Positions 1 through 11,052 of a stretch of 64,000 bases of DNA are shown one piece after another. The position numbers were made by a program, and so were the translations under genes. The notes under the pieces are model-generated. The model was not told where the DNA came from. It was given only the letters and a program-made list of their open reading frames with translations, and made no database searches. Location of the stretch: the NCBI GenBank assembly GCA_900617105.1, contig UYFQ01000842.1, positions 62,001 through 126,000 on the forward strand. Reading direction: 5' to 3'. Position 1 is the stretch's first letter. Each line of letters opens with the position of its first letter. Source of the DNA: Hydrurus foetidus. Lineage: Eukaryota.

Positions 1-1094
1 CCAAGATCATCGAGTCCCGTGCCCAAGCCGTGGCGCAGGACGCACAGCAAAGCGTGAAACAAACCACCGTGGCCATTGGCTTGGCGGTGGCGGTGGCCGC
101 GCTGACCATGACCCTGGCCGCCCTGTTGCTGGCACAGCATATGACGCGCCCCATGGCGCATGCCGTCAGCGTGGCCGCGCAGCTGGCCGATGGCGACCTG
201 ACCACCACCATCGTTCCCAGCGGCAACCACGAGACGGTGCAAATGCTGGAGTCCATGCAGCGCATGCTGGGCAGTTTTCAGACCATCGTGCGCAATGTGA
301 AATACAACGCACAGGCCGTGGAAAACGCCAGTACCGAAATTGCCCAGGGCAATAACGACCTGTCCGAGCGCACCGAACAGCAGGCCAGTGCGCTGCAGGA
401 AACCACCTCCTCGGTAGAGACCTTGAGTGAAGCCGTTCGCCAAAACGCCGACTCTGCCCAGCAGGCCAACCAGATGGCCATGAGCGCCTCCAGCGTGGCC
501 CACCAGGGCGGTACGGTGGTGGGCCATGTGGTGGAGACCATGCGCGGCATCAACGAATCGAGCCGCAAGATTGCCGACATCATCAGCGTGATCGACGGCA
601 TTGCGTTCCAGACCAACATCTTGGCCTTGAACGCCGCAGTGGAAGCCGCCCGCGCGGGCGAGCAAGGCCGCGGATTTGCCGTGGTAGCCAGCGAGGTGCG
701 CAGCCTGGCCAGCCGCAGCGCCGAAGCGGCCAAGGAAATCAAACACCTGATCTCCACCAGTGTGGAGCGCGTGGAGCAAGGCACACGGCAGGTAGACCAG
801 GCTGGTGCCACCATGGCCGAAGTGGTGGAGGCCATCCGCCGCGTCACCGGCATCATGCAAGAAATCAGCAGCGCCAGCAGCGCCCAGTCCGCCGTGGTGG
901 CGCAGGTGCGCGACGCGCTGTCGCAGCTGGACCGCGTGACCCAGCAAAACGCGGCGCTGGTGGAAGAGATCGCCGCCTCCGCGGTGGGCCTGCGCAACCA
1001 GGCCGGTGAGATGGTGCTGGCCACCACCGCCTTCCGCCTCGATGAAGCCACCCTGCTGAAGTCGCCCGCCACCGCCATGCTGTCGTTGGCCTAA
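1..1094 (+). CDS. Methyl-accepting chemotaxis protein (5' end outside window)
   Basis: TM + HAMP + signalling hairpin [30 protein letters not shown]; frame is open back to the window start. Confidence 0.95.
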   Translation, partial: KIIESRAQAVAQDAQQSVKQTTVAIGLAVAVAALTMTLAALLLAQHMTRPMAHAVSVAAQLADGDLTTTIVPSGNHETVQMLESMQRMLGSFQTIVRNVKYNAQAVENASTEIAQGNNDLSERTEQQASALQETTSSVETLSEAVRQNADSAQQANQMAMSASSVAHQGGTVVGHVVETMRGINESSRKIADIISVIDGIAFQTNILALNAAVEAARAGEQGRGFAVVASEVRSLASRSAEAAKEIKHLISTSVERVEQGTRQVDQAGATMAEVVEAIRRVTGIMQEISSASSAQSAVVAQVRDALSQLDRVTQQNAALVEEIAASAVGLRNQAGEMVLATTAFRLDEATLLKSPATAMLSLA

Positions 1095-1135
1095 CCATTT
1101 TTTTTGACTAACAAACCAATAAAAAGGAAAGCACC

Positions 1136-2203
1136 GTGCGTATCAATCGAAGAGTGATCGTCAGCGGCTTGCTGGCTGGACTGACCGGCCTGCCCACCGC
1201 GCGGGCGCAGCAAACCAAGGCCGAAGTCGGCCTGTCCATGCCCACCCTGGCCTTGCAACGTTGGGTGGTCGATGGGCTGGCTTTGGTGCGCTCGCTGGAC
1301 AAACTGGGCTACTCCTCGGACTTGCAGTTTGCCAACAACGAAGTGCCCACCCAGATTGCCCAGATCGACGCCATGTTGCAAAAAGGCGTGAAGCTGCTGA
1401 TCGTGGCGCCTATCGACGGCAGCACCCTGGGGCCCATCCTGAAGAAGGCGGCAGAGCAAAAGGTCAAGGTCATCTCCTACGACCGCCTGATCCGCAACAC
1501 GCCCCATGTGGACTACTACACCACGTTCGACAACTTCCAGGTCGGCGTGCAGCAGGGAAGCGAGATCGTCAAGCGACTGAAGCTTGAAGAGAACAAGGGG
1601 CCCTTCAACATCGAGCTTTTTGCGGGTTCGCCCGACGACAACAACGCGTTCTTCTTCTACGACGGCGCCATGTCGATACTCAAGCCGCACCTGGACAAGG
1701 GGCAGTTGGTGGTGGGCTCTGGCCAGATGGGCATGGACACCGTCTCCACCAAGGCCTGGAGCGGCGCCACGGCACGCCAGCGGTTTGAGAAACTACTGGA
1801 AAAGGTGTATGCCAAGCAGCGTCTGCACGCAGTGCTGTCGCCCAATGACGGCATTTCCATTGAACTGTTGGCCGCGCTGAAAAAGGCAGGCTATGGCACG
1901 GGCGGCATGCCCCTGCCCATCGTGAGCGGGCAGGACGCAGATTTACAGTCGGTGCGCTCCATCATTCGCCAGGAGCAGTCCTTCACCGTCTTCAAGGACA
2001 CGCGGGCGCTGGCCCAAGTGACGGCCACCATGGCCCAGGCCATTCTGACCAACAAGAAACCGCTGATCAACGACGAGAGAACCTACAACAACGGTGAGAA
2101 GGTGATCCAGTCCTACCTGCTCAAACCCGTGGTGGTGGACCTGAGCAACTGGCGCGAAGCCCTGGTGACTTCGGGCTACTACAAAGACTATTTGTTCCGT
2201 TAG
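1136..2203 (+). CDS. chvE: ChvE-like multiple monosaccharide-binding periplasmic protein
   Basis: GLSMPT..QRW, VISYDRLI, YYTTFDNFQVG, IELFAGSPDDNNAFFFYDGAM motifs; N-terminal RR-containing signal peptide. Confidence 0.85.
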   Translation: MRINRRVIVSGLLAGLTGLPTARAQQTKAEVGLSMPTLALQRWVVDGLALVRSLDKLGYSSDLQFANNEVPTQIAQIDAMLQKGVKLLIVAPIDGSTLGPILKKAAEQKVKVISYDRLIRNTPHVDYYTTFDNFQVGVQQGSEIVKRLKLEENKGPFNIELFAGSPDDNNAFFFYDGAMSILKPHLDKGQLVVGSGQMGMDTVSTKAWSGATARQRFEKLLEKVYAKQRLHAVLSPNDGISIELLAALKKAGYGTGGMPLPIVSGQDADLQSVRSIIRQEQSFTVFKDTRALAQVTATMAQAILTNKKPLINDERTYNNGEKVIQSYLLKPVVVDLSNWREALVTSGYYKDYLFR

Positions 2204-2234
2204 GCCGGCCTTGTCTGATCCAGGGTCGGTGCAA

Positions 2235-2259
2235 ATATATTGTTCGATCGACAAACTAT
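2235..2259. promoter_or_regulatory. Putative ROK-family XylR operator 1
   Basis: ATATATTGTT-CGATC-GACAAACTAT, a 25-bp imperfect palindrome resembling the Bacillus-type xyl operator, upstream of xylF. Confidence 0.55.
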
Positions 2260-2302
2260 GTCGGGTTTTCACTAATAGAATTCGCCGCATTCCTGCAGAC
2301 AA

Positions 2303-2327
2303 TTAGTTTGTCGCTCTAACTAACAAA
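2303..2327. promoter_or_regulatory. Putative ROK-family XylR operator 2
   Basis: TTAGTTTGTC-GCTCT-AACTAACAAA, matching the TTAGTTTGTT-N5-AACAAACTAA pattern. Confidence 0.65.
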
Positions 2328-2414
2328 GTCCCCAAAGGCCTGGTAGCAGCGATGACTCTTACGAGCCTCACACAACCCCAAAAGGCCTTCCATGGCCACT
2401 ATCCGGAGACAAGA

Positions 2415-3434
2415 ATGAAACTGAAGACAACCCTGACCGCCTTTGCCTTGAGCATGGCAGCTGCTGGTGCATTTGCCCAAGTCGTGGGCGTGAGCTGGTC
2501 CAACTTCCAGGAAGAACGCTGGAAGACCGACGAAACCGCCATCAAGGCGCAGTTGGCCAAGTCAGGCGCAAGCTACATCAGTGCTGACGCCGGCGGCTCC
2601 CCCGAAAAGCAATTGGCGGACATCGACAGCTTGATCGCCAAAGGCGCCAAGGCGCTGATCGTTCTGGCTATGGACAAGGACGCGATCCTGCCCGCCGTGA
2701 ACAAGGCTGCCCAGCAAAAAATCCCCGTGATCGCCTATGACCGCCTGATCGAAGCGCCCGGCGTGTTCTACATCACCTTCGACAACGTGGAAGTGGGCCG
2801 CATGCAGGCGCGCGCCATTTTGGCCGCCAAGCCCAAGGGCAACTACGTGATGATCAAGGGCTCCCCAACGGACCCCAATGCCGACTTCCTGCGCGGTGGC
2901 CAGCAAGAGATCATTGACGCTGCTGTGAAAAAGGGCGACATCAAGATCGTGGGCGAGGAATACACCGACGGCTGGAAGCCTGAAGTGGCCCAGAAAAACA
3001 TGGAACAGATCATCACCAAAACTGGCGGCAAGATTGACGCCGTGGTGGCCTCTAACGACGGTACCGCCGGTGGTGTCGTCGCTGCGTTGACTGCCAAGGG
3101 TATCAAGGGCATTCCAGTCTCCGGCCAGGATGGCGACCACGCTGCGCTGAACCGCGTGGCCCTGGGCAGCCAGACCGTGTCGGTGTGGAAAGATTCACGT
3201 GACCTGGGCCGGGATGCGGCGGCGGCTGCCGTGGCATTGGCAAACGGCAAAAAGGTCGCTGGCGCTGTGACCTGGAGCGGCGGTGCGAACAAGGTTGCTT
3301 TGCAAGCCCAATTCCTGAAACCCATTCCTGTGACCGCAGCCAACCTGGACCTGGTCGTGAAAGCCGGCTGGATCAAGAAGGATGATCTCTGCAAGGGTGT
3401 GGACGCCGCCAAAGGCCCCGCAGCTTGCAAGTAA
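2415..3434 (+). CDS. xylF: D-xylose ABC transporter substrate-binding protein
   Basis: [15 protein letters not shown] motif, signal peptide from MKLKTT, GGAG RBS upstream, xyl operon context. Confidence 0.92.
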   Translation: MKLKTTLTAFALSMAAAGAFAQVVGVSWSNFQEERWKTDETAIKAQLAKSGASYISADAGGSPEKQLADIDSLIAKGAKALIVLAMDKDAILPAVNKAAQQKIPVIAYDRLIEAPGVFYITFDNVEVGRMQARAILAAKPKGNYVMIKGSPTDPNADFLRGGQQEIIDAAVKKGDIKIVGEEYTDGWKPEVAQKNMEQIITKTGGKIDAVVASNDGTAGGVVAALTAKGIKGIPVSGQDGDHAALNRVALGSQTVSVWKDSRDLGRDAAAAAVALANGKKVAGAVTWSGGANKVALQAQFLKPIPVTAANLDLVVKAGWIKKDDLCKGVDAAKGPAACK

Positions 3435-3467
3435 TTCACACTTTAGTCTGAGTCAGTTGTAGCCCTT

Positions 3468-3501
3468 AAACCGCGGGCTGGGGTCGGCCCGCGGTTTTTT
3501 T
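3468..3501 (+). terminator. Intra-operon hairpin/terminator after xylF
   Basis: AAACCGCGGGCTG-GGGT-CGGCCCGCGGTTT followed by a T run. Confidence 0.75.
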
Positions 3502-3521
3502 ATGTCCTGCGGAGAACGCAT

Positions 3522-4712
3522 GTGAATCCCGTTTTGAATTCGCTCAAACAGGCTGCCATCGACTGGCGCCTGGTGATGATGAGCACGGTGCTGGCAGCCA
3601 TTGCCATCGTGTTCAACATCCTGTCCGGCGGACTGTTCCTGTCCCCCGAAAACCTCTACAACATTGCCCAACAAACCGCCGTCGTCGGTGTGGTGGCCAC
3701 CGTCGTGGTGCTGATCATCGTGGCGCGCCATATCGACCTCTCGGTAGGTTCTGTCATGGGCTTCGTGGGCGTGCTGATAGCCACCCTGATGTACACCGCC
3801 GGGTGGCACTGGGTGTCCGCTTCGCTGGTGGGCCTGGCTGTGGCCATTGCCGTGTCCATGTACCAAGGCGCACTGACGGCCATGTTGGGCGTGCCCTCCT
3901 TCGTTGTCACCCTGGGCGGCCTAATGTCGTTTCGCGGCGCTGCTTTTCTGGTGGCCGATGGCAAAACCCAACCGGTGAACGACCAGTTCTTTCAGCGCCT
4001 GGGCGGCGGCTTTGATGGCGCCATTGGTGTGAACGCCAGCTGGATGCTGGCCGGCGCGATTGTGCTGGCCCTGATCGTCCAGATGTGGGCGAACCGCCGC
4101 GCCAAGGCGTCGTACGACGTGCCCAACAACCCGCTGTGGCTGGACGCCGGCATTGTGTTGGTCCCCGTGGTCATCGTGCTCGCCTTTGTGGCCTCCATGA
4201 ATAGTTACCAAATTCTGAACAAAGACGCACCGCAGGGCGTGCCAATTCCCGTGCTGATCTGGGGCGCCGTGGCGCTAGTGCTGTCCTTTATCGTGCACCG
4301 CACCCGCTTTGGCCGCTACGTATTCGCCATGGGTGGCAACCCCGAAGCCGCCGCGCTCGTCGGCATTCCGGTTCGCCGTGTCACGCTGATGCTGTTTGCA
4401 CTGATGGGGGTGCTGATCACCATCGCCGCCATGGTGTCTATTGCCCGCCTGAACGCCGGCACCAACTCGCTCGGTACCAGCATGGAGCTGTATGTGATTG
4501 CAGCGGCCGTGATTGGTGGCACCGCACTGGCCGGTGGCAGCGGCTCGATCATGGGATCCGTGCTGGGCGCCCTCATCATGCAAAGTATTGACAGCGGCAT
4601 GCTGCTGCTCGATGTGTCCATCGGCGTGCGCTACGTGATCATTGGCCAGGTGCTGATTGCAGCGGTGGTGTTTGACGTGATTTACCGCCGCCTGACTGGA
4701 GACACGCTATGA
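3522..4712 (+). CDS. xylH: Xylose ABC transporter permease
   Basis: [28 protein letters not shown] motifs; hydrophobic. Confidence 0.92.
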   Translation: MNPVLNSLKQAAIDWRLVMMSTVLAAIAIVFNILSGGLFLSPENLYNIAQQTAVVGVVATVVVLIIVARHIDLSVGSVMGFVGVLIATLMYTAGWHWVSASLVGLAVAIAVSMYQGALTAMLGVPSFVVTLGGLMSFRGAAFLVADGKTQPVNDQFFQRLGGGFDGAIGVNASWMLAGAIVLALIVQMWANRRAKASYDVPNNPLWLDAGIVLVPVVIVLAFVASMNSYQILNKDAPQGVPIPVLIWGAVALVLSFIVHRTRFGRYVFAMGGNPEAAALVGIPVRRVTLMLFALMGVLITIAAMVSIARLNAGTNSLGTSMELYVIAAAVIGGTALAGGSGSIMGSVLGALIMQSIDSGMLLLDVSIGVRYVIIGQVLIAAVVFDVIYRRLTGDTL

Positions 4713-5488
4713 GCGCCGTGAACGCAAAGCAAGCGCTGGTTGACATGCGCAACATCGGCAAGTCCTTCGGCGGCGTGCACGCCGTGGACGATGCGAGCAT
4801 CCAGCTCTACCCCGGTGAAGTGGTGGCCTTGCTGGGCCACAACGGCGCCGGCAAGTCCACGCTGATGAAGATGCTGGCGGGGGCCTACCCCATCGACAGC
4901 GGTGAAGTCTTCATTAACGGAGAGAAAGCGCATATCCGCACCCCCGTGGATGCGCAGCGCTGCGGCATAGAGTCCATTTACCAAACGCTGGCACTGGCCG
5001 ACAACCTGGACGCCGTGGCCAACCTGTTCCTGGGCCGCGAGCTGCTGACCCGCTGGAACACGCTGGACGACCACCGCATGGACGCGGACGCCCGCAAGGT
5101 GTTCCACCGCCTGAACAAGAACTTCAAGAACGTGCGCACACCGGTGCGTCGCCTCTCGGGCGGGCAGCGTCAGGTGGTGGCGATTTCCCGGGCGATTTAC
5201 TTCAATGCCAAGATCCTCATCATGGACGAACCCACGGCGGCCCTGGGCCCCGAGGAAACCGCGATGGTGGGCAATTTGGTGCGCCAGCTCAAGGCCGACG
5301 GCGTGGGAATTTTCCTGATCACCCACGACATGCCGGACGTGTTTGGACTCAGCGACCGCCTGGCGGTCATGAAAAACGGAAAAATGGTGGGTAGCTACCG
5401 CACCAGCGACGTCACCGAGGACGAAGTCCTTGGCATGATCATCGCTGGCAAACAACCTGAAGGCAAAGCGCAGACCCACAGCCAGTGA
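4709..5488 (+). CDS. xylG: Sugar ABC transporter ATP-binding protein (single domain)
   Basis: [28 protein letters not shown] overlap with xylH. Confidence 0.9.
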   Translation: MSAVNAKQALVDMRNIGKSFGGVHAVDDASIQLYPGEVVALLGHNGAGKSTLMKMLAGAYPIDSGEVFINGEKAHIRTPVDAQRCGIESIYQTLALADNLDAVANLFLGRELLTRWNTLDDHRMDADARKVFHRLNKNFKNVRTPVRRLSGGQRQVVAISRAIYFNAKILIMDEPTAALGPEETAMVGNLVRQLKADGVGIFLITHDMPDVFGLSDRLAVMKNGKMVGSYRTSDVTEDEVLGMIIAGKQPEGKAQTHSQ

Positions 5489-5509
5489 GTGCTGCGCCCC
5501 TCACCCACC

Positions 5510-6688
5510 ATGAAAACCACCGGCGACCAACAACTTGTCAAACGCATCAACCGCAGCGTGCTGCTGCGGCTGCTGCGCAGCCAGAGCGGGCTTTCTCGCG
5601 CGCAACTGGCTGTTGAAAGTGGCCTGACCAAGTCCACGGTCAGCCTGTTGGTGCGGGAGCTGATTGACGAAGGCTGGTTGACCGAAACCGACGTGACCGC
5701 CGCCCAAGGCCTGGGTCGCCCGTCCACCCCCTTGCAAATTGACGGCCGCAGCCGCGGCATGATCGGTGTGGAAGTGGCGGTGGAGGCCCTGCGCGTGGTC
5801 GGCGTCTCGCTCACTGGCCAGGTGCTCTGCGCCATGGAAGAGCCAATGGCCGGCACCCAGGTCGAAGAGGTGTGCCGACAGGTAGCGCGTCTGGTGGCGC
5901 GCACCCGCACGCAGCTCAAGCGACGTGGCGTGCAGCTCTCCGGCGTGGGCGTGGGCCTGCCCGGCGCGTTTGACGAAGCCACGGGCATGCTGCGCTTTGC
6001 CCCCAACCTGGGTTGGCGCAACGTGGACTTTGTGCCCCTGATCACCCAGGCACTGGCCCAGGCCGGCGTTCCCCCGGTGCCCGTGCATGTGCAGAACGAA
6101 GCCGACACCGCAGCACTGAGCGAATACGAGTTTTCCGAGGGCGACGCCAAAGACTCGCTGATTTTTGTGACCTGCGGCGTGGGTGTGGGCGCGGGCATTG
6201 TGCTCAACGACCGCCTGTTCACCGGCATCCAGGGCATGGCCGGCGAAATCGGCCACAGCATTTTGCAGATCGACGGGCCCTTGTGTTCCTGCGGTCGCAA
6301 GGGCTGCGCAGAGACCTTTTTTGGTGCCCGTACCCTGGGCAAGCTCAAGCAACCGGCCCAGGGTGGCCATTACCTGGGCGTGGTGTTGCAAAACCTGTGG
6401 ACCACCTTCAACCCCAGCGTGTTGGTGGTGGGTGGCCCTTCGTGCGAGCAGTACCCCGGCATTGTGGAGGTGGCCAAGGCCACGCTGCAAACCTATGCCG
6501 ACAGCGCCGGCATGGCGGCCCCTGCGGTGCGCACGGCGCGCTACGGCCTGCTGGCATCGGCCGTGGGCGCCGCAGCCCTGGTGCTGCACCACGACCTGCG
6601 CCCCATGCACACCCGCGCGCCCTCGTCGGTGGCCCAGGCCAGCGACACAAGCGATATGACTTCTTTCACCACCACAGAAACTGCATAA
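5510..6688 (+). CDS. xylR: ROK-family transcriptional repressor of the xylose operon
   Basis: N-terminal HTH (SRAQLAVESGLTKSTVS) + ROK motif GEIGH...CSCGRKGCAE. Confidence 0.88.
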   Translation: MKTTGDQQLVKRINRSVLLRLLRSQSGLSRAQLAVESGLTKSTVSLLVRELIDEGWLTETDVTAAQGLGRPSTPLQIDGRSRGMIGVEVAVEALRVVGVSLTGQVLCAMEEPMAGTQVEEVCRQVARLVARTRTQLKRRGVQLSGVGVGLPGAFDEATGMLRFAPNLGWRNVDFVPLITQALAQAGVPPVPVHVQNEADTAALSEYEFSEGDAKDSLIFVTCGVGVGAGIVLNDRLFTGIQGMAGEIGHSILQIDGPLCSCGRKGCAETFFGARTLGKLKQPAQGGHYLGVVLQNLWTTFNPSVLVVGGPSCEQYPGIVEVAKATLQTYADSAGMAAPAVRTARYGLLASAVGAAALVLHHDLRPMHTRAPSSVAQASDTSDMTSFTTTETA

Positions 6689-6690
6689 CC

Positions 6691-8139
6691 ATGTTTATCG
6701 GCATTGACATTGGCACCTCCGAAGTGAAGGTGCTGCTTCTGGCCCCCGACCACACCGTGGTCGGCTCGGTCGGCTCGGCCCTCACGGTGCAGCGCCCGCA
6801 CCCCGGCCATAGCGAGCAGAACCCGCACGACTGGTGGGCCGCCACCCAGTCCGCCCTCGCGCAACTGCGCGCCGCCCACCCCAAGGAATACGCCGCAGTA
6901 CAGGCCCTCGGCCTGTCGGGCCAGATGCACGGTGCCGTGCTGCTGGACGCGCAAGACCAGGTGCTGCGCCCCGCCATTTTGTGGAACGACACGCGCTGCG
7001 CTGCCGAGTGCGAAGAGATGATGGCCGCGCTGCCCACGCTGACCGAACTGGCCGGCAGCCTGGCCATGCCGGGCTTTACCGCGCCCAAGCTGCGCTGGGT
7101 GGCCAAGCACGAACCCGCCATCTTCAAGCAGGTCGCCAAGGTGCTGCTGCCCAAAGACTATGTGCGGCTGATGCTGACCGGCGAATACGTGAGCGATATG
7201 TCGGACGCCAGCGGCACGCTGTGGCTGGATGTACAAAAGCGCGCGTGGTCTGACGCCCTGCTGGCGCTGACGGGCCTGACGCAGGCGCACATGCCGCGCC
7301 TGGTGGAAGGCAGTGCACCCGGCGGCTATTTGAAAGCCGATGTGGCGCAGGCCCTGGGCCTGCCCACGGGCATCGTGGTGGCCGGTGGCGCGGGTGACAA
7401 CGCTGCCAGCGCTGTAGGCATGGGCGCGGTGGACGCGGGCCAGGGCTTTTTGTCGCTGGGCACCAGTGGCGTGCTGTTTGTCGTCACCCCCAGCTACCAG
7501 CCCAATGCGGCCAGCGCCACGCATGCGTTTTGCCACGCGGTGCCGGGGCGCTGGCACCAGATGAGCGTGATGCTCTCGGCCGCCAGCAGCCTGCAGTGGG
7601 TCACCGATCTGCTGGGTGCACCGAACGCCGGCGTGGTGGCGGGCAAAGCCGCCGACTTGTCGCTGGCCGACCGCGCTGCCTCTCCCCTGTTTTTGCCCTA
7701 CCTGGGCGGCGAGCGTACGCCGCACAACGACGCCAATGTGCGCGGTAGCTTTCACCAATTGAGCTTTGATACCGACGCGGCCCGCCTGGGCTACGCGGTC
7801 ATCGAAGGTGTGACCTTTGGTCTCAAGGACGGCCTGGCCGCGCTGAATGCTGCAGGCAGCAGCGTGACCCGCCTGTCCCTGGTGGGTGGCGGTGCGCGCA
7901 GTGCCTTTTGGGCCCAGCAGCTAGCGTCCGCCCTGGATGCCGAAGTGGTCACCCATGGCAGCTCAACCGTCGGCGGCGCCCTGGGTGCCGCCCGCCTGGG
8001 CTGGCTAGCCACCGGTGCCCCCCTTAGCGAGGTGTGCCTGAGCCCCGAGGTAGAAGCCCGCTACCACCCCAACCCCGCCGAACAAGACCTGCTGGCTGCG
8101 CGTTATGCGCAGTTCCGCAGCCTGTACCGCCCTGCGTAA
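6691..8139 (+). CDS. xylB: Xylulokinase
   Basis: [32 protein letters not shown] (FGGY kinase). Confidence 0.95.
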   Translation: MFIGIDIGTSEVKVLLLAPDHTVVGSVGSALTVQRPHPGHSEQNPHDWWAATQSALAQLRAAHPKEYAAVQALGLSGQMHGAVLLDAQDQVLRPAILWNDTRCAAECEEMMAALPTLTELAGSLAMPGFTAPKLRWVAKHEPAIFKQVAKVLLPKDYVRLMLTGEYVSDMSDASGTLWLDVQKRAWSDALLALTGLTQAHMPRLVEGSAPGGYLKADVAQALGLPTGIVVAGGAGDNAASAVGMGAVDAGQGFLSLGTSGVLFVVTPSYQPNAASATHAFCHAVPGRWHQMSVMLSAASSLQWVTDLLGAPNAGVVAGKAADLSLADRAASPLFLPYLGGERTPHNDANVRGSFHQLSFDTDAARLGYAVIEGVTFGLKDGLAALNAAGSSVTRLSLVGGGARSAFWAQQLASALDAEVVTHGSSTVGGALGAARLGWLATGAPLSEVCLSPEVEARYHPNPAEQDLLAARYAQFRSLYRPA

Positions 8140-8182
8140 TCCGACCCCACCCCAACACCCCTCTTTTTATCCCGAGAACACC

Positions 8183-9496
8183 ATGAGTACCTACTTCTCC
8201 AACGTCTCCCCCATCGCCTTTGAAGGCCCCACCTCCAACAACCCCTTGGCATTCAAGTGGTATGACAAAGACCGCATCGTGCTGGGCAAGCGCATGGATG
8301 AACAGCTGCGCTTTGCCGTCTGCTACTGGCACAGCTTCTGCTGGAACGGCCTGGACCCGTTTGGTGGCGACACCTTCCAGCGCCCCTGGCAGCACATGGC
8401 CGACCCCATGGCCGCGGCCAAGGCCAAGGCCGATGTCGCGTTTGAATTCTTCGCCAAGCTGGGCGCGCCCTACTACTGTTTCCATGACCGCGACATCGCC
8501 CCTGAAGGCGCTACGCCGCGCGACAGCGTGAACAACTTCCGCGAGATGGTGGACGTGCTGGGCAACAAGCAGGCAACCACCGGCATGAAGCTGCTGTGGG
8601 GCACCGCCAACCTGTTCAGCCACCGCCGTTTCATGTCGGGCGCGGCCACCAACCCCAACCCCGAAATTTTTGCGCTGGGCGCGTTGCAGGTGAAAGAAGC
8701 CATGGACGCCACGCTGAAGCTGGGCGGCGCCAACTACGTGCTGTGGGGCGGCCGTGAAGGCTACGAGACCCTGCTCAACACCCGCATGGGCCACGAGCTG
8801 GACCAGATGGGCCGCTTCCTGAACATGGTGGTGGAGTACAAGCACAAAATCGGTTTCAAGGGCACCATCCTGCTCGAACCCAAGCCGCGTGAACCGTCCA
8901 AGCACCAGTACGACTTTGACAGCGCCACGGTGTACGGCTTCCTGTGCCGCTACGGCCTGGAAAAAGAAATCAAGGTCAACATCGAAGCCAACCACGCCAC
9001 GCTGGCCGGCCATAGCTTTGAGCATGAAATCGCCACGGCGGTGGACTTAGGGATCTTCGGCTCCATCGACATGAACCGCGGCGACATGCAGTGCGCATGG
9101 GACACCGACCAGTTCCCCAACAGCATTCCTGAAACTGCGCTGGCCATGTACCTGATCATGCAGGGCGGCGGCTTCGTCAACGGTGGCGTGAACTTTGACT
9201 CCAAGGTGCGCCGCCAGTCCATCGACCCCGAAGACATGTTCCACGGCCACATTGGTGGCATGGACGTGACCGCCCGCGCGCTGCTGATCGCCGAGAAGAT
9301 GATCAACGACGGCAAGCTGGCCAAGCTGGTGGACGACCGCTACGCAGGTTGGAACACCCCGTTTGCACAAAGCATGCTGAATGGAAAGATGAGCCTGGAC
9401 GCGGTGGCCGCCCATGTGGTGGGCCACAACACCGACACCCTGCCCGTGTCCGGCCGCCAGGAACTGCTGGAGAACCTGCTGAACAGCTATATCTAA
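8183..9496 (+). CDS. xylA: Xylose isomerase (class II)
   Basis: [39 protein letters not shown]. Confidence 0.98.
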   Translation: MSTYFSNVSPIAFEGPTSNNPLAFKWYDKDRIVLGKRMDEQLRFAVCYWHSFCWNGLDPFGGDTFQRPWQHMADPMAAAKAKADVAFEFFAKLGAPYYCFHDRDIAPEGATPRDSVNNFREMVDVLGNKQATTGMKLLWGTANLFSHRRFMSGAATNPNPEIFALGALQVKEAMDATLKLGGANYVLWGGREGYETLLNTRMGHELDQMGRFLNMVVEYKHKIGFKGTILLEPKPREPSKHQYDFDSATVYGFLCRYGLEKEIKVNIEANHATLAGHSFEHEIATAVDLGIFGSIDMNRGDMQCAWDTDQFPNSIPETALAMYLIMQGGGFVNGGVNFDSKVRRQSIDPEDMFHGHIGGMDVTARALLIAEKMINDGKLAKLVDDRYAGWNTPFAQSMLNGKMSLDAVAAHVVGHNTDTLPVSGRQELLENLLNSYI

Positions 9497-9514
9497 GGCA
9501 GCGCTGCACAGGTC

Positions 9515-9540
9515 CCGTTCGGGCTGAGCCGGTCGAAGCC
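9515..9540 (+). repeat. REP-like half element CCGTTCGGGCTGAGCCGGTCGAAGCC
   Basis: Resembles the CCGTTCG..CTGAGC..GTCGAAG proteobacterial extragenic repeat (recalled pattern); single copy in this window. Confidence 0.45.
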
Positions 9541-9556
9541 TGCGTAAGATGCTGAA

Positions 9557-9591
9557 CGCCACTTCGCTCACGCGGGGTGGCGCTTTTTTTT
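9557..9591 (+). terminator. Rho-independent terminator after xylA
   Basis: CGCCACTTCGC-TCAC-GCGGGGTGGCG followed by C and T8. Confidence 0.8.
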
Positions 9592-9609
9592 GGACCCAGA
9601 CGAAACACC

Positions 9610-10986
9610 ATGGCCGCCCTACAAGATTTTTTGACCTCGTTTTTTAGCTACAAGGCCTACGTGATGCTGCCCATCATCATGTTCATCATCGCGCTGGTGG
9701 CCCGGGTGCCGCTGCGCCAGGCGGTGCTGAGCACCGTGGCACTGGCAGCCGGGTTTGCCGGCGTGTTCATCGCCTTCAACTTCTTTGTGGCCAATATCAG
9801 CCCGGCAGTGCAGCAGCTGTCAGCGGCCCGTGGGCTGGATTTCCCGGTGCTGGACGTGGGCTGGCTGCCGTTGGCGGCCATCACCTGGGCCTCGCCGCTG
9901 GCCGCCATCTCCATCCCGCTGGTGCTGGTGCTCAACCTGGTCATGCTGGCTACGGGCCTCACGCGCGCCATCTACATCGACATCTGGAACTACTGGCACT
10001 TCGCCATGATGGGTGCACTGGCCATGACGGTGTTTGACAGCTGGTGGGCGGGTATTTCGGCCACGCTGCTGCTAGCCGTTTACTGCTTCAAGATGACCGA
10101 GTGGAATGCCCCCGATGTGGAGCGCGAGATGGGGCTGAAAGGCATTGCCGTGTCGCCCGTATCGGTCAACGGCATCCTGCCCTATGTGGTGTGCATAGAC
10201 TGGCTGATGGACCGCATTCCCGGCCTGAATCGTGTGGTCTACAACCCGGAACACGCACATGCCAAGGCGCAGGGCGGCGAAGGCAACGGCCTGTTGGCCC
10301 TGGTGGGCGAACCCATGATGATCGGCCTGGCCATGGGCCTGCTGCTGGCCTGGGCCGCAGGCTATGGGCTGAAGGAAACCCTGGAGATGGGCGTGCACAT
10401 TGCCGCGGTGATGTTCCTGCTGCCCAAGAGCGCCGGCGTCATCGGCGAAGCCATGATTCCCATCACCAACGCATTGCGCAGCCGTGTGGAGCAGCGCTTT
10501 CCACAACGCAAGAATTTGGTGGTGGCCATGGACACCGGCTTCCTGATGCACCACAAATCCGTCATCATCACCGGCCTCTTGCTGATGGCGCTGGCCATTG
10601 GCATTGCGCTGGTGCTGCCTGGCAACAAGGTGCTTCCGCTGGGGGATTTGTCGAATCTGATTTCCGTCATGTCGCTCACCGTTCTGGTATTTCGCGGCAA
10701 TGTGTTTCGCGCGGTGCTGGCGGGCATTCCTGTAGTTATTACCTTCCTGCTCATCGCCTCCAGCATGGCACCGCTTTACACCGAACTGGCCCAGCACGCG
10801 CCGTCGTTCAAGGCCGAGGGTCTGGGCCAGATCACCTCGTTCACCGACGGTGGCAACCAGGTGCGCTACGTGTTGTATTCGCTGTACCAGGGCAACTTGT
10901 GGGCGGTGGGCGCGCTGCTGGCGTTGCTGGGTGGCATGGTGGTGGCCAAGCGGCGCTACACCGCCGCCATGGCGCAGAATTTATAA
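9610..10986 (+). CDS. gatC: PTS galactitol-family EIIC permease (orphan)
   Basis: LDVGW, IDIWNYWHF, PGNKVLPLGDL motifs of GatC; no IIA/IIB adjacent. Confidence 0.85.
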   Translation: MAALQDFLTSFFSYKAYVMLPIIMFIIALVARVPLRQAVLSTVALAAGFAGVFIAFNFFVANISPAVQQLSAARGLDFPVLDVGWLPLAAITWASPLAAISIPLVLVLNLVMLATGLTRAIYIDIWNYWHFAMMGALAMTVFDSWWAGISATLLLAVYCFKMTEWNAPDVEREMGLKGIAVSPVSVNGILPYVVCIDWLMDRIPGLNRVVYNPEHAHAKAQGGEGNGLLALVGEPMMIGLAMGLLLAWAAGYGLKETLEMGVHIAAVMFLLPKSAGVIGEAMIPITNALRSRVEQRFPQRKNLVVAMDTGFLMHHKSVIITGLLLMALAIGIALVLPGNKVLPLGDLSNLISVMSLTVLVFRGNVFRAVLAGIPVVITFLLIASSMAPLYTELAQHAPSFKAEGLGQITSFTDGGNQVRYVLYSLYQGNLWAVGALLALLGGMVVAKRRYTAAMAQNL

Positions 10987-11014
10987 GAAACTGGCCTCTA
11001 GCCCCCGTGGAATA
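10987..11014 (+). repeat. Intergenic repeat copy 1 (truncated at the left edge of the accessory tract)
   Basis: GAAACTGGCCTCTAGCCCCCGTGGAATA; fuller copies at 15445, 21652 and 48962. Confidence 0.85.
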
Positions 11015-11052
11015 ACACGTCCGGTTTCGCGTTACGGCACACCGCAATCGCG

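Noticed and set aside
6013..6690. Apparent N-terminal extension making a 708-aa xylulokinase
   Set aside because: Overlaps xylR out of frame; the kinase motif starts at ATG 6691.
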